This document shows positions 55,474-64,000 of a stretch of DNA of 64,000 bases, piece after piece (position 1 is the stretch's first letter; each line of letters starts with the position of its first letter). A program made the position numbers and the translations under genes. The DNA lies in the IMG/VR virus record IMGVR_UViG_3300011008_002721, positions 3,495-67,494 of that record, one strand, 5' to 3'. The stretch comes from a virus. Its lineage: Duplodnaviria; Caudoviricetes. The notes under the pieces were generated by a model. The model made no database searches. It had not been told where the DNA came from and saw only the letters and a program-made list of their open reading frames with translations.

Positions 55474-56891
55474 AGTAGTCTATTCGCACCGTACTCCTCC
55501 AAGAAGGCTTGCACAAGTTCATTGAAGTAAGCCTCATCTGTCGGGATGTCATCGTCGGCATTCATTATCTGGTTTGCAATTGATTTCTTTTTGTGGATGA
55601 TTGCGTATAGCCGTGTGTCTATGGTGCGTGTCCCCAGCAGGTAATAGCAGGTTACGTTATCCTTTTGGCCGATGCGGTGCGCACGGTCTTCGCACTGGCA
55701 GCAGTCGGCATAAGTCCAGGGAAGCTCTATGAAAGCTACGTTGGAAGATGCGGTCAGGGTAAGCCCGACACCAGCGGCCTTGATGCCACAGATGATTAGC
55801 TTGGTCTGCCCGTTCTGGAAGGAATCAACCGCCCACTGTTTCTGCAGCAGGCTTTCCCTTCCGGTGATGGAGACTGATTTCGGAAAGGCTTTCTTTAACT
55901 CATCCACTATCTCGTGATGGGCGCAGAACAGGATGAGCGCTTTTCCGGTCTCAAGAAAAACGCGGATGAAGTCAATGGTTTGCTTGACCTTCCCTTTCCC
56001 GGATAGGGAACGGAGCGTCATGAACATCACAAGGGCCTTCATCCTCATCTTGCGACGTATCTCCCGGTCAGAGCAATTTTTATAATCCCGGAGATACTGT
56101 GCAAGGTCAGAGGCCGCAAGGTCGTATTCCTCGCGGTTGGAGATTTCGACGTGGAGGTCAACGCGGGTTTTGTCTGGAAGTTGTGTGAGCACCTTCGCTT
56201 TCTCCCTGCGTATCATGCAACGCTGGTACAGTTCCCGGGAGAGCCGGTCGAGGTTCTCTCCGTCACCATAGTCGGACATGAACTGCCCCATGCCTCCGAA
56301 CTCACGCAGTCTATCCATGATGGAGAGCTGCGACACGAGGTCTGCAGGACGGTTCACGACCGGAGTACCGGACAGAAGGATGATGTATTCCTTACCGCTG
56401 GCAATTCCCTTGGCGAATTTCGTCTGCTGCGCCCCTGGATCCTTGACACGGTGGCTTTCGTCTATAATGACGGCCTTGAACTGTTGTATATAGGAACTGA
56501 ACACCACATCCTTCACGCGGAAGGAGGATTTGTCACCGTTGATGTCGAGGACAAAGAATTTTCGCAGGCTCTCATAGTTCACAATGGCGGCACTGAACAA
56601 CTTCATCTGGAGGAGATACGGCCAAGTGGTACGGGTGGAATCGTCCAGAACGAGTGCCTTTTTGTCAGTAAACTTCTCAAACTCGCGCTGCCAGTTTATC
56701 TTCAGCGATGAAGGGCAAATCACAAGACACGGGTATGCGTCTGCAATATCAACAATGCCGATACTCTGCAATGTCTTACCAAGGCCAGGTTCGTCCCCGA
56801 TGAAGAGACGCTTCCAAGCCAAGCCTTGCATTATACCCTCGCACTGGTATTCGTATGGCTGAACCTTGAGGTTGTGTTTCAGTTCTTTCAT
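55434..56891 (-). CDS. SNF2-family helicase
   Basis: GDEPGLGKT, DESHR, LSGTP, GVGLTLTA, EDRAHRIGQ. Confidence 0.9.
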   Translation of the reverse strand: MKELKHNLKVQPYEYQCEGIMQGLAWKRLFIGDEPGLGKTLQSIGIVDIADAYPCLVICPSSLKINWQREFEKFTDKKALVLDDSTRTTWPYLLQMKLFSAAIVNYESLRKFFVLDINGDKSSFRVKDVVFSSYIQQFKAVIIDESHRVKDPGAQQTKFAKGIASGKEYIILLSGTPVVNRPADLVSQLSIMDRLREFGGMGQFMSDYGDGENLDRLSRELYQRCMIRREKAKVLTQLPDKTRVDLHVEISNREEYDLAASDLAQYLRDYKNCSDREIRRKMRMKALVMFMTLRSLSGKGKVKQTIDFIRVFLETGKALILFCAHHEIVDELKKAFPKSVSITGRESLLQKQWAVDSFQNGQTKLIICGIKAAGVGLTLTASSNVAFIELPWTYADCCQCEDRAHRIGQKDNVTCYYLLGTRTIDTRLYAIIHKKKSIANQIMNADDDIPTDEAYFNELVQAFLEEYGANRLLWHNQSMNAFSRK

Positions 56892-57322
56892 TTGAAACTT
56901 GCTATTTCGTCCAACAAATCCTGCCGGGATGTTCCCCGCAGGTACTTTTCCAGAATGACATCTATGCAACGCTGGTAGAACCGCTCGAATTCCGTGTTAT
57001 CCATAGCGGCGAAGGAAATGCTTCCGGCCCTCACAACCTGCCGGCTCCCATGCCATACGGTAGAGGAAAGACCGAGGTCGAGTTTGAGGCAGGTAAGCAT
57101 GTCCTCCTCGCTATAAATGTCAAGCATCCGGTGGAGCCGTTCCGGCAGGTTCTGATAGGTCAGACGGATGAGCGCCCAGAATTTCTTGTGAAACTCATAG
57201 TTGCGCGGCTTGCTGATTTTGCACAGGACGGTCTCGCCGACCTTCAGCCGCTGCTTCTCATCGTAGTCACTGTCATACATCGGGATAAGTCCCTGCTCGG
57301 TTACAAGGCAGTAGATTTCCAT
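56888..57322 (-). CDS. DUF1367 / NinB-like protein
   Basis: PRNYEFHKKF...SISFAAMDNTEFERFY. Confidence 0.72.
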   Translation of the reverse strand: MEIYCLVTEQGLIPMYDSDYDEKQRLKVGETVLCKISKPRNYEFHKKFWALIRLTYQNLPERLHRMLDIYSEEDMLTCLKLDLGLSSTVWHGSRQVVRAGSISFAAMDNTEFERFYQRCIDVILEKYLRGTSRQDLLDEIASFK

Positions 57323-57323
57323 C

Positions 57324-58010
57324 TTATTGTTGGCTCGGATTATCTGTGTTGAGGTTGAGGCACCAGTACCAGAAAGCCAGCTCCTCGTACTTCTCGCGGC
57401 CACGTGTGTAGATTTCGTCTCCGCGATAGATTAGTTTCTTGAAAACGAGGTTGTTTTTCTTGCTGATGGCATAGATGAAGTCCTTTTCTGTTCCTTCGAT
57501 GTCCATGTACCAAGCCCGGCTCCGGTCCCAGTCAAAGAAGTCTATGGATTCCTCAAACTCCTGCTGCGATGCCGCAGAGGTTGTTTTCAAGTCCCCGCCG
57601 AAGTTTGCGCCGGGAATCCACCAGTCCCATTTGCACCGCGTGTCGAGCGTGAAGGGAAAGCAACCATACTCAAACGGCTGGCCATGGCGAACGGAAACGC
57701 GCTGGGTGTCCGCTTGCTCAAGGACGTAGGCAAGGAACCTATCCCGCTTCGCTTCCATCCGCAGGGCTTTGTGCATTTCTTGAGCGTGCCTGAACTCCTC
57801 GCCGGAGTACAGGACATCATCAACGGTGTGCTGGTAGTAGTTCACTCTGTCCGGCTCGGTGATGATGGCATCCACGAGCGTACCGAAACGGAAAGCGGCC
57901 TCCCGGTCCCCGAACTGGAGCCGGGGATGCAGGAGGTCGCGCAGTGCCGTCAGGTCGGAGTTGCTGACTTCCGTCCGGTTGTAGTATGCGTCCGGATTGT
58001 GGTTGGCCAT
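57324..58010 (-). CDS. PD-(D/E)XK exonuclease (RecE / ExoVIII-like)
   Basis: VSNSDL, FGTLVD, RCKWD, DLKTT; next to recT. Confidence 0.7.
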   Translation of the reverse strand: MANHNPDAYYNRTEVSNSDLTALRDLLHPRLQFGDREAAFRFGTLVDAIITEPDRVNYYQHTVDDVLYSGEEFRHAQEMHKALRMEAKRDRFLAYVLEQADTQRVSVRHGQPFEYGCFPFTLDTRCKWDWWIPGANFGGDLKTTSAASQQEFEESIDFFDWDRSRAWYMDIEGTEKDFIYAISKKNNLVFKKLIYRGDEIYTRGREKYEELAFWYWCLNLNTDNPSQQ

Positions 58011-58011
58011 G

Positions 58012-59229
58012 CTACTTCGCCTTTACTTCGTCAACGTATTCCACGTGTTCGCTCTGGATGAACTTCGGGCTGGTGGCATCATTAGCCAGTTTGTTGCATA
58101 GGGTGAGCTGCTTGCTGAACTCCTTGTTCAGTTGCTCAACAGTCATTGTCTTGCCGGCGTATTCCCACCAGAAGCCGATGACCTCAAGGAACCCTTCCGG
58201 ATTGAGGACATTGACTTTCTTTTTCACAACGGTCTTTGTCTGAACACCCACAACTGCGGTGGCGGCGGTACTGTCGAACAGACCGCCGACGGCCTCAGCC
58301 GCTTTTGCTGCCTCTGCTGCTCTGCGGGCCTCCTCCTCTTTCTTCCGGCGTTCCTCCTCACGAGCCTGGGCCTCCGCTCGTTCCTTGGCTTCCTGCTCGG
58401 CTTTCAGTCTCGCGGCCTCGGCTGCATTCGCGGCCTCGGCTGCGGCAATCTTCTCAAGCTCCTTCTTTTTGGAAGGGAGTTTGGTCAGCAGCTCATCACG
58501 CTCGTTCTCAAGGGAGAACTTGTATTCCTCGCGTATGCGTGTATCCATAAGGTGCTTGCGGACATCCTGCCGGATGGCGGCGCATTCCTCACGGGAAATC
58601 TGCGACGGCAGACGCACGGAGGAGACAAACTGGGAATCCCAGTCCTCGGGAATGGTAACCTGATAACCGCGTATCACTTTCTCTGTCTCGGCATAGTTTT
58701 CCAAGAGGGTTTGAGAGAATATGTCATTCAGATGGTTGATGCGATTGTTGATTACCGAGTTGTTCCATACGAGGTATTCTTCCTCGCAGTCGGTGCGGTA
58801 CTGCTTGCGGGCCTGCTCCATCTGTTGGCGGCGCAGTTCCTCCTGCCTGCGGCGTTCCTCCTCCTCGCGCTTCTTTGCCGCATACTGGTTGCGATATGCC
58901 TGGATCTGGAAGACAACGGAGCCTTGTTTGGTCACGTCAATGTCATTCTCCATCGTAGTGAAGACTTTCTTGAACTGGTCGAACAGCTTCGTTGCCGGGG
59001 AGCGGAGGTCGTTGATTTTCACGACGGTCTTCTTTGCCTTGGTGATAAAGAGGGCTGCTTCCGCTTCAAGGGCATCCGACATACCTTCCCTCTGAATCTT
59101 TTCCAGAAGGGCCTGCCCTGCGTTGAGGCAGGCATCATGTGAGGTTCGGCTTGTCTCATAAGCCTGTGGAACTTGCGTTGCCACAAGTTCCACATCGCTT
59201 TTGTTAATAACGATTAAATCATTTGCCAT
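58012..59229 (-). CDS. Coiled-coil protein in the recombination module
   Basis: 405 aa, E/A/K/R rich. Confidence 0.7.
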   Translation of the reverse strand: MANDLIVINKSDVELVATQVPQAYETSRTSHDACLNAGQALLEKIQREGMSDALEAEAALFITKAKKTVVKINDLRSPATKLFDQFKKVFTTMENDIDVTKQGSVVFQIQAYRNQYAAKKREEEERRRQEELRRQQMEQARKQYRTDCEEEYLVWNNSVINNRINHLNDIFSQTLLENYAETEKVIRGYQVTIPEDWDSQFVSSVRLPSQISREECAAIRQDVRKHLMDTRIREEYKFSLENERDELLTKLPSKKKELEKIAAAEAANAAEAARLKAEQEAKERAEAQAREEERRKKEEEARRAAEAAKAAEAVGGLFDSTAATAVVGVQTKTVVKKKVNVLNPEGFLEVIGFWWEYAGKTMTVEQLNKEFSKQLTLCNKLANDATSPKFIQSEHVEYVDEVKAK

Positions 59230-59256
59230 AAGTTGAGAATTTGAATGGTTCAAGGA

Positions 59257-60213
59257 TTAGAAGGCATCATCGTTGGCTGGATGCACGGTGATTCCGGCAG
59301 ATGCCTCCGGAGCCGGACCAAACGGCTGCGGCTGGGGTTCCGGCTGGGGCGCTGCCGCACCGCCCGGAGTGAGGTTGTAGAAGTCCGGCTCCTCCGGTTT
59401 CGGGTCTTCCTGCTGGGTTTGCAGCTCCGTGCCACGTCCGATGCGTACCTTAGGGTAGGTCTTGAAGGCGTGCTTGATTACCTTGGCGATAAGGAAGCCG
59501 GTATCAATGCCGCCGTTCACGCCGGAGGTGTACAGCGCATTGGGGTCTCCTTTCACGTACTGCTGGGACTGTCTGTCCCATTTCTTGTTCTGGTTGGCAG
59601 AGAAGTCGGCGAGGCGCAGCCAGTCTTCCTCAAACATCACGGCATAGTCGATGCTGCCGTCATTGCGGGTAATCCTCATGAATGCGGCAACGATATGCCC
59701 GGTCGTATGAGGAAGGTTGCAGGTGTAGTGTACGGACTTCCTTCCGTCAGTGTCGGAGAAAGAGAAGTTGTCTTCCTGATACACCAGCACCGGGTTATCG
59801 GCATGGCGAATCTGTCCGGAGCGGGCACGCAGAACGAGTTCGCCGTAGCCGGAGATAACGAGGACGCACCGTCCCTCATAGATTTTCCGGCCATCTTGGC
59901 CGGTGCCCATCAGATAGTTCCTGCCCATCAAGTAGGCAAGAGCGCGGACACCAGGCTCCACGGACAGTCCGCAGACGGCAAGGTCGATGAAGGCAGTGAA
60001 CACCGAGAAAGGGGTGCTCTTGGTGCGGAGGGCTTCGTTGTCTCCGATAAGGATGTCGAAGTAACGGCTCTCACGCTCGTAGGCTGCTTCGCCACCTTCC
60101 TTCCAGATGGTGTTGTACAGGTAGATGAAGCGTTCCTTGACGGCTTCATCGTGGACTACTTCCGTAGTCTTGAGTTTGTTGATTTGCTCAACGGTCAATT
60201 GTAAGTTTGCCAT
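59257..60213 (-). CDS. recT: RecT-like single-strand annealing protein
   Basis: DLAVCGLS, AYL, ISGYGEL...R.G, AKVIKHAFK. Confidence 0.75.
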   Translation of the reverse strand: MANLQLTVEQINKLKTTEVVHDEAVKERFIYLYNTIWKEGGEAAYERESRYFDILIGDNEALRTKSTPFSVFTAFIDLAVCGLSVEPGVRALAYLMGRNYLMGTGQDGRKIYEGRCVLVISGYGELVLRARSGQIRHADNPVLVYQEDNFSFSDTDGRKSVHYTCNLPHTTGHIVAAFMRITRNDGSIDYAVMFEEDWLRLADFSANQNKKWDRQSQQYVKGDPNALYTSGVNGGIDTGFLIAKVIKHAFKTYPKVRIGRGTELQTQQEDPKPEEPDFYNLTPGGAAAPQPEPQPQPFGPAPEASAGITVHPANDDAF

Positions 60214-60562
60214 AAGCGATTTGAATTAGAAATGTGTTTGTAATGTCTGGTGGCTCGCCGTGTTCCGGTGGGAACGGTTAACTGTCCGGGGTTATTTCAA
60301 TGGCGTTTGGACCGAGCCAGTTCTCAATATGTAGTCATGCGGCCTTACCCGCATATTAAAAGTCATACTTGCTACTCATGTCAGCATAGTGTTCACAATC
60401 CGCGCTACCAGATTGCTTATCGGCCTTTCCCTTTTGCGGGGCGAATTACGGTGTTTGCCGCAGTGTCCTCCGGTTCGCTATGTATCCGACCTTTTAGCCT
60501 TGGGAGTGGCCGGGGCTTGCGCTAACGGTGCCATAAAGCAGCGATGCTGCACTTTTATCGAG

Positions 60563-60653
60563 TGGTGGGGAGGGAAGGAATCGAACCTTGCCTAATGCAT
60601 GGGCCGCAAATTCTCCGAAACGGCCGGCGACTTACCTTACGCCCTATCTCCCC
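60563..60653 (-). tRNA. tRNA-like element (atypical or pseudo-tRNA), isotype undetermined
   Basis: 91 nt; acceptor stem 6/7 paired, D-loop GG, T-arm AAGG-TTCGATT-CCTT, encoded 3' CCA; anticodon arm closes a 12-nt loop. Confidence 0.55.
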
Positions 60654-60705
60654 AGTGCGGGAGGCCGGGCAGAAGCCTCCCGTGTGTACTAAAACCTAAA
60701 CCATT

Positions 60706-60867
60706 TTATGGCGTCCTCTTGACGGTGTACTGCCCGACTGTCCCTTCCAGTACCATAGTTCCTTTGAAGACATCATCGAAGTCTCTGGTTACCCAGCCTC
60801 GCTTCATCTTCTCGCGGTACTGGCGGTAGTCTTCGTGTAGTTTCTCTTTGTCGTAACTTGCTTCCAT
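60706..60867 (-). CDS. 53-aa protein (absent from the ORF track)
   Basis: MEASYDKEKLHEDY...YTVKRTP, translated by hand. Confidence 0.55.
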   Translation of the reverse strand: MEASYDKEKLHEDYRQYREKMKRGWVTRDFDDVFKGTMVLEGTVGQYTVKRTP

Positions 60868-61069
60868 CGTTCATCCATGTTTGCTCTGTTGAAGTAGTCT
60901 TGCAGTGCGAGGGCGATGTCGTGACGGAGTTTCCGGATGTCCCGGATGCTCATGTCGAAAGTCAGCATGATGTCTCCGTAATCGTCGTATTTACCCCCCC
61001 CACAGTGATTTTCAGTGTCTTGGCATCCTTGATGTCTTCGACCATCCTTCTTTGATATTGGTTCAGCAT
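60804..61069 (-). pseudogene. Gene interrupted at a G8 tract (60994-61001): frameshifted, slippage-dependent or phase-variable
   Basis: ATG 61069 lies 2 nt after the upstream TAG; frame 0 stops after 35 aa, the -1 frame continues as GKYDDYGDIMLTFDMSIRDIRKLRHDIALALQDYF. Confidence 0.45.
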
Positions 61070-61071
61070 GG

Positions 61072-61344
61072 CTATAAATAGTCTTGTTCTCTCCTTTGAA
61101 GTTTGCGCAGCTTTGCAGTCTCGTATTCCAGTTTCCCGGGACGGACGCACGGGGCAATGTCCCCATGCCTGCGCCAGCGTTCCACATTGGCCCGTCCAAA
61201 TACCTTGAATGCCTTGGACTGGCTGATGTAAAGAGGGTCGGCCTCCTGAATCCGGATGTGCGAGGCAAGGCGTGCCGCCACATCGCTGACGAACTGGTCA
61301 TAAGTGACCATCCGGTCGGGGAACTGAATCTGGACTACTTGCAT
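61072..61344 (-). CDS. Excisionase-like / HTH DNA-binding protein
   Basis: YISQSKAFKVFGRANVERWRRHG...GKLEY; 90 aa from ATG 61344. Confidence 0.65.
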   Translation of the reverse strand: MQVVQIQFPDRMVTYDQFVSDVAARLASHIRIQEADPLYISQSKAFKVFGRANVERWRRHGDIAPCVRPGKLEYETAKLRKLQRREQDYL

Positions 61345-61652
61345 AACTGTTCGTCGATGTTGATGGTGCGGAAAATCATGGCGAGGATGACAGCTCCGAT
61401 GCTGCCGATGATGCAGGCAGGCTTGAATAGCCAGAAGGGAACAAGAGAGAAGGCGAGGACCCAGCAGAGGAGCCAGATGCCCTCGTTTGTCATCCGGACG
61501 ATTGCCCGGAGCGTTTCTTCTTCGTCTTTGTGGTGGATGCCCAGCAGAATGCGGAGCCAGAGAGCGCGTGTATTGCGGCAGATGCGGATGCACATTTGCT
61601 GGAAAGCAATGCCGATTTCGCGGAGGATTGATTTGAGTTCTTTTGTGTTCAT
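61335..61652 (-). CDS. Membrane protein
   Basis: 105 aa with two C-terminal TM segments. Confidence 0.6.
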   Translation of the reverse strand: MNTKELKSILREIGIAFQQMCIRICRNTRALWLRILLGIHHKDEEETLRAIVRMTNEGIWLLCWVLAFSLVPFWLFKPACIIGSIGAVILAMIFRTINIDEQLCK

Positions 61653-61743
61653 GGCGTGTTGAGGAAAGAAGGGAGGGCTGGGAACTATGACTTACAAGTG
61701 TTTCGGATGTACCCAAGCGTGAAAGTGCCCTCCCTATGATTTG

Positions 61744-62076
61744 TCATTCTGTTACTTTTTCGATTGTTGAGACGATGACTTCTGGAATCATCCGGTCGTT
61801 GTGCTCAATGGATGTGTAGTACTTGAAGTGGAGGCTTCCGGTGACGTGGATGAAGTCACCCCGGGTTATGTTGTCGAACAAGTCACGCGGCAGATCCAGG
61901 GCACCTTCGCAGACAGACATCTGGAACCAGTCGGTCTCAATCTGGGTTGTACCGTCAAGATTGTTCCAGACCCTTTCAGTCTTGAGTGAGATATTTGCGA
62001 GGCGGTCTCCTTCCCAGTCCGTTACACGGATTTGGCCTACCTGCCCCTGCAATTCGATGTAATTGATGTATTCCAT
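61744..62076 (-). CDS. ssb: Single-stranded DNA-binding protein (short, no acidic tail)
   Basis: NYIELQGQVG, SLKT, ETDWF, GDFIHVTGSL. Confidence 0.75.
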   Translation of the reverse strand: MEYINYIELQGQVGQIRVTDWEGDRLANISLKTERVWNNLDGTTQIETDWFQMSVCEGALDLPRDLFDNITRGDFIHVTGSLHFKYYTSIEHNDRMIPEVIVSTIEKVTE

Positions 62077-62080
62077 AGGG

Positions 62081-62302
62081 CTAACGGTATTGGTAACGGT
62101 TCACGGGATTGGAGATGTAGTGGCGGCAACGCTCTTGAAGGGATTGCACGCGAAGGCGCAGGACATCCGGAGTGATGTTGTACGGGAAGACGTAACGGGT
62201 CCAGCTAACAGGGCCTTGGATGGTAATGAAGCGGGTTCCTCTGCCGTTCTTGTGGTCGGTTACCTTGTAACCTGCTGCCACGACTTTCTCAAGGAGTTTC
62301 AT
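62081..62302 (-). CDS. Hypothetical protein
   Basis: 73 aa. Confidence 0.55.
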   Translation of the reverse strand: MKLLEKVVAAGYKVTDHKNGRGTRFITIQGPVSWTRYVFPYNITPDVLRLRVQSLQERCRHYISNPVNRYQYR

Positions 62303-62313
62303 ACGGCAGCGGA

Positions 62314-62661
62314 TTAGCGTACAACCTTGATGTAGATGCGCTCCTGCAGGACTGCATCCATAGAGAACCAGAAGTCTTCGCGCAGGTAGATGTCCCAGAC
62401 CTCCACATTGTCCTCGCCCTGTTCCTCGGAGGGGACGTGACAGTGCATGAGCTGGGGATAGTGGTCGGCGGCGGTCTTGCCCCTCATGGCGAGGGAGTTC
62501 GCTGCATCGAGGATGCGGAAATAGTTCTGGACGCCAGCTTTCGCTGCCGCGATGGTGGTTTCGTCCATCAAGAACTCGGAGCGGTCAATGAGTTGTCCTC
62601 CTTCGGCCGGGATACGGATTACCAGCACTTTCTTGATTCGGGAGAGATTTGTTTTTTCCAT
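62314..62661 (-). CDS. Hypothetical protein
   Basis: 115 aa. Confidence 0.65.
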   Translation of the reverse strand: MEKTNLSRIKKVLVIRIPAEGGQLIDRSEFLMDETTIAAAKAGVQNYFRILDAANSLAMRGKTAADHYPQLMHCHVPSEEQGEDNVEVWDIYLREDFWFSMDAVLQERIYIKVVR

Positions 62662-62682
62662 GATTGATATTGTTTTGTTGGG

Positions 62683-62874
62683 TTATCTCGTGCGTGTCAC
62701 GGTTACTGTCCTGTTCTCGCGGTGAGATTCCGTGAGGAATTTCTTGTCCCACTGGAGACCGTAGTTGGAGCAGGCGGCGCGGACGGAAGTCAGGTTGTCA
62801 AGAGGGCAGGTCAGCACGTCTCCAACCTCCATTTCCATCAACTGCTGCCGCAGGGATTTCACTTTTTCAGCCAT
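62683..62874 (-). CDS. Cro-like small DNA-binding protein
   Basis: 63 aa from ATG 62874, divergent from the repressor; SVRAACSNYG. Confidence 0.6.
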   Translation of the reverse strand: MAEKVKSLRQQLMEMEVGDVLTCPLDNLTSVRAACSNYGLQWDKKFLTESHRENRTVTVTRTR

Positions 62875-62911
62875 AATTTTTCCGATTTGAATACTTTTTA
62901 TTAACTTTATG

Positions 62912-62973
62912 TTGCGAAGGTAAGCATTTTGCGAATATAATCCAAACATTTCGCTAATTATTTTCGCAAAATG
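62912..62973. promoter_or_regulatory. Lysis/lysogeny switch: leftward promoter and operator repeats
   Basis: Minus strand TTTG-N20-TAccTTcG (62946 to 62915); 11-bp inverted repeat CATTTTGCGAA (62925-62935) / TTCGCAAAATG (62963-62973); extra TTGCGAA at 62912. Confidence 0.6.
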
Positions 62974-62994
62974 AGTAAAGATAATTTTTAAGCT

Positions 62995-63339
62995 ATGGAC
63001 CGGGTAACTATGTTAGAGGAACTTATTAGCCACTTCACGAGTGGCAATAAGTCGCAGTTTGCCAATATGTTAGGCATAAAACCGCAAACTATCAACACAT
63101 GGGAGAACCGCAACACGTTTGATGCGGAGTTGATATACTCGAAGTGCGAAACAATCTCTGGGGACTGGCTTCTGTCTGGCCAAGGGGAAATGTTGAAAAG
63201 TTCGCGGGATGCGAAGGCCGCTCTTGCCAACCCGGAAAACAAGCTGTTGGAGTTATGCAAAATGCTTGTTGCGGTCTATGACCAGAAGGACTATGTGATG
63301 GGCGAACTTGCCCAGACGATTAAAGCGATGGAGCAATGA
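62995..63339 (+). CDS. CI-like HTH repressor (no S24 peptidase domain)
   Basis: KSQFANMLGIKPQTINTW...SGDWLLSGQGEM. Confidence 0.78.
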   Translation: MDRVTMLEELISHFTSGNKSQFANMLGIKPQTINTWENRNTFDAELIYSKCETISGDWLLSGQGEMLKSSRDAKAALANPENKLLELCKMLVAVYDQKDYVMGELAQTIKAMEQ

Positions 63340-63647
63340 AACACCTGCTAACGATTTCCGCATTGCTCTTGGTCTTCTCATGCACCAGCAATGCACCGAC
63401 TAAAACGGATGAAGTGACACGACACATCGGGAAATATCTGTATGTGGATGCAAAGGACTGTCTGCATACGAGGTTGAGGTGTCAAGCCATGCGCTCAGAG
63501 TATGGAACGTACCGTGTTGATTTCCTCGATACGCTTACCATCAAGGCAAATGACTTTGTCTGGTTCTGTTCACAATGTGTTGATAACGATGGTTATGAGC
63601 AGATAATCGAAATGACCGGACGTAATGAATGGGAGGGCGTGAAATGA
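63336..63647 (+). CDS. Putative lipoprotein
   Basis: Signal-like N-terminus LLVFSC; H..C...C...C..C residues. Confidence 0.55.
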   Translation: MKHLLTISALLLVFSCTSNAPTKTDEVTRHIGKYLYVDAKDCLHTRLRCQAMRSEYGTYRVDFLDTLTIKANDFVWFCSQCVDNDGYEQIIEMTGRNEWEGVK

Positions 63648-64000
63648 ACACACAGAGATTACAGGCACTGATCCAGGCAAGCAGACTGAATAAGTCCCAG
63701 ATTGCGGAGCGGTGTGGGATTTCCCGGGCCACTCTGGACAATGTGCTTGCAGGCGGTGACGCGAAGATGAGCACCGCCGAGAGTATTGCCCGCGTCCTCG
63801 GAGTCCGCGTCGGATACCTGTTCGATGAGAGCGACAGTCAGACAGACCAACTGCTGGCAGAGGTGCAGGAGCTGCGCAGCCAGCTTGCCGCTACGAATAA
63901 TGCCCGGGCGGCAAGAATAACCGTTGAGGTGGAACTTACTCCCGAGGAACTGAAAGCCGCCGGTATTACAGACAAGATGATGAAGAAACTACGACAATGA
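63644..64000 (+). CDS. XRE-family HTH regulator
   Basis: LNKSQIAERCGISRATLDNVL...IARVLGVRVGYLF. Confidence 0.8.
   Translation: MNTQRLQALIQASRLNKSQIAERCGISRATLDNVLAGGDAKMSTAESIARVLGVRVGYLFDESDSQTDQLLAEVQELRSQLAATNNARAARITVEVELTPEELKAAGITDKMMKKLRQ

Larger units (their letters stand above)
1..64000. mobile_element. Temperate tailed phage / prophage (partial), probable Bacteroidota host
   Basis: Portal, terminase, capsid, tail, lysis, replication and cro/cI-like modules fill the window; no host housekeeping genes, integrase or att site seen. Confidence 0.93.

Noticed and set aside
61084-61662. 192-aa + strand ORF, and the extended 214-aa and 165-aa - strand ORFs here
   Set aside because: Shadows or upstream extensions of the shorter coupled genes 61072-61344 and 61335-61652
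1-64000. Stop-codon reassignment as in some gut phages
   Set aside because: Very long ORFs are intact under the standard code and TAA, TAG and TGA all end coupled genes

Overview
The whole 64 kb window is part of a temperate, podovirus-like phage or prophage, most likely of a Bacteroidota host (TAnnTTTG promoter-like elements, Bacteroidales-type gene families). No integrase or att site is visible. From left to right it holds: a 5670-aa polyvalent virion protein (nuclease-like, pyrophosphatase-like, N6-MTase, Strawberry-notch helicase, ART-like, metallopeptidase and LPD38-like modules); portal, terminase, scaffold and capsid genes; a 2680-aa receptor-binding protein; a complete diversity-generating retroelement (VR, TR, RT); a lysis cassette; head-tail connector genes; a long leftward early/replication operon (RtcB, radical SAM, two DNA MTases, replication initiator, VRR-NUC, SNF2 helicase, RecE/RecT-like, SSB); and a cro/cI-type switch. 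Best discoveries: (1) the DGR template at 34187-34306 matches the adjacent tail-protein VR and also a second VR 17 kb away on the opposite strand, in a small apparently cytoplasmic early gene, and every mismatch in both VRs is at a TR adenine; (2) a C5 methyltransferase appears split over two overlapping frames, with motif IX and five PTP repeats in the nested frame; (3) the giant gene hides a nested acidic ORF and a promoter/hairpin/U-tract antisense RNA right behind its nuclease-like domain; (4) two early genes are broken by the same G8-9-TAAATAC motif and both are repaired by a -1 slip; (5) a CCA-ending tRNA-like element with an enlarged anticodon loop occurs in a phage that encodes RtcB. 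All domain calls come from motif recognition by eye; no database searches were run.
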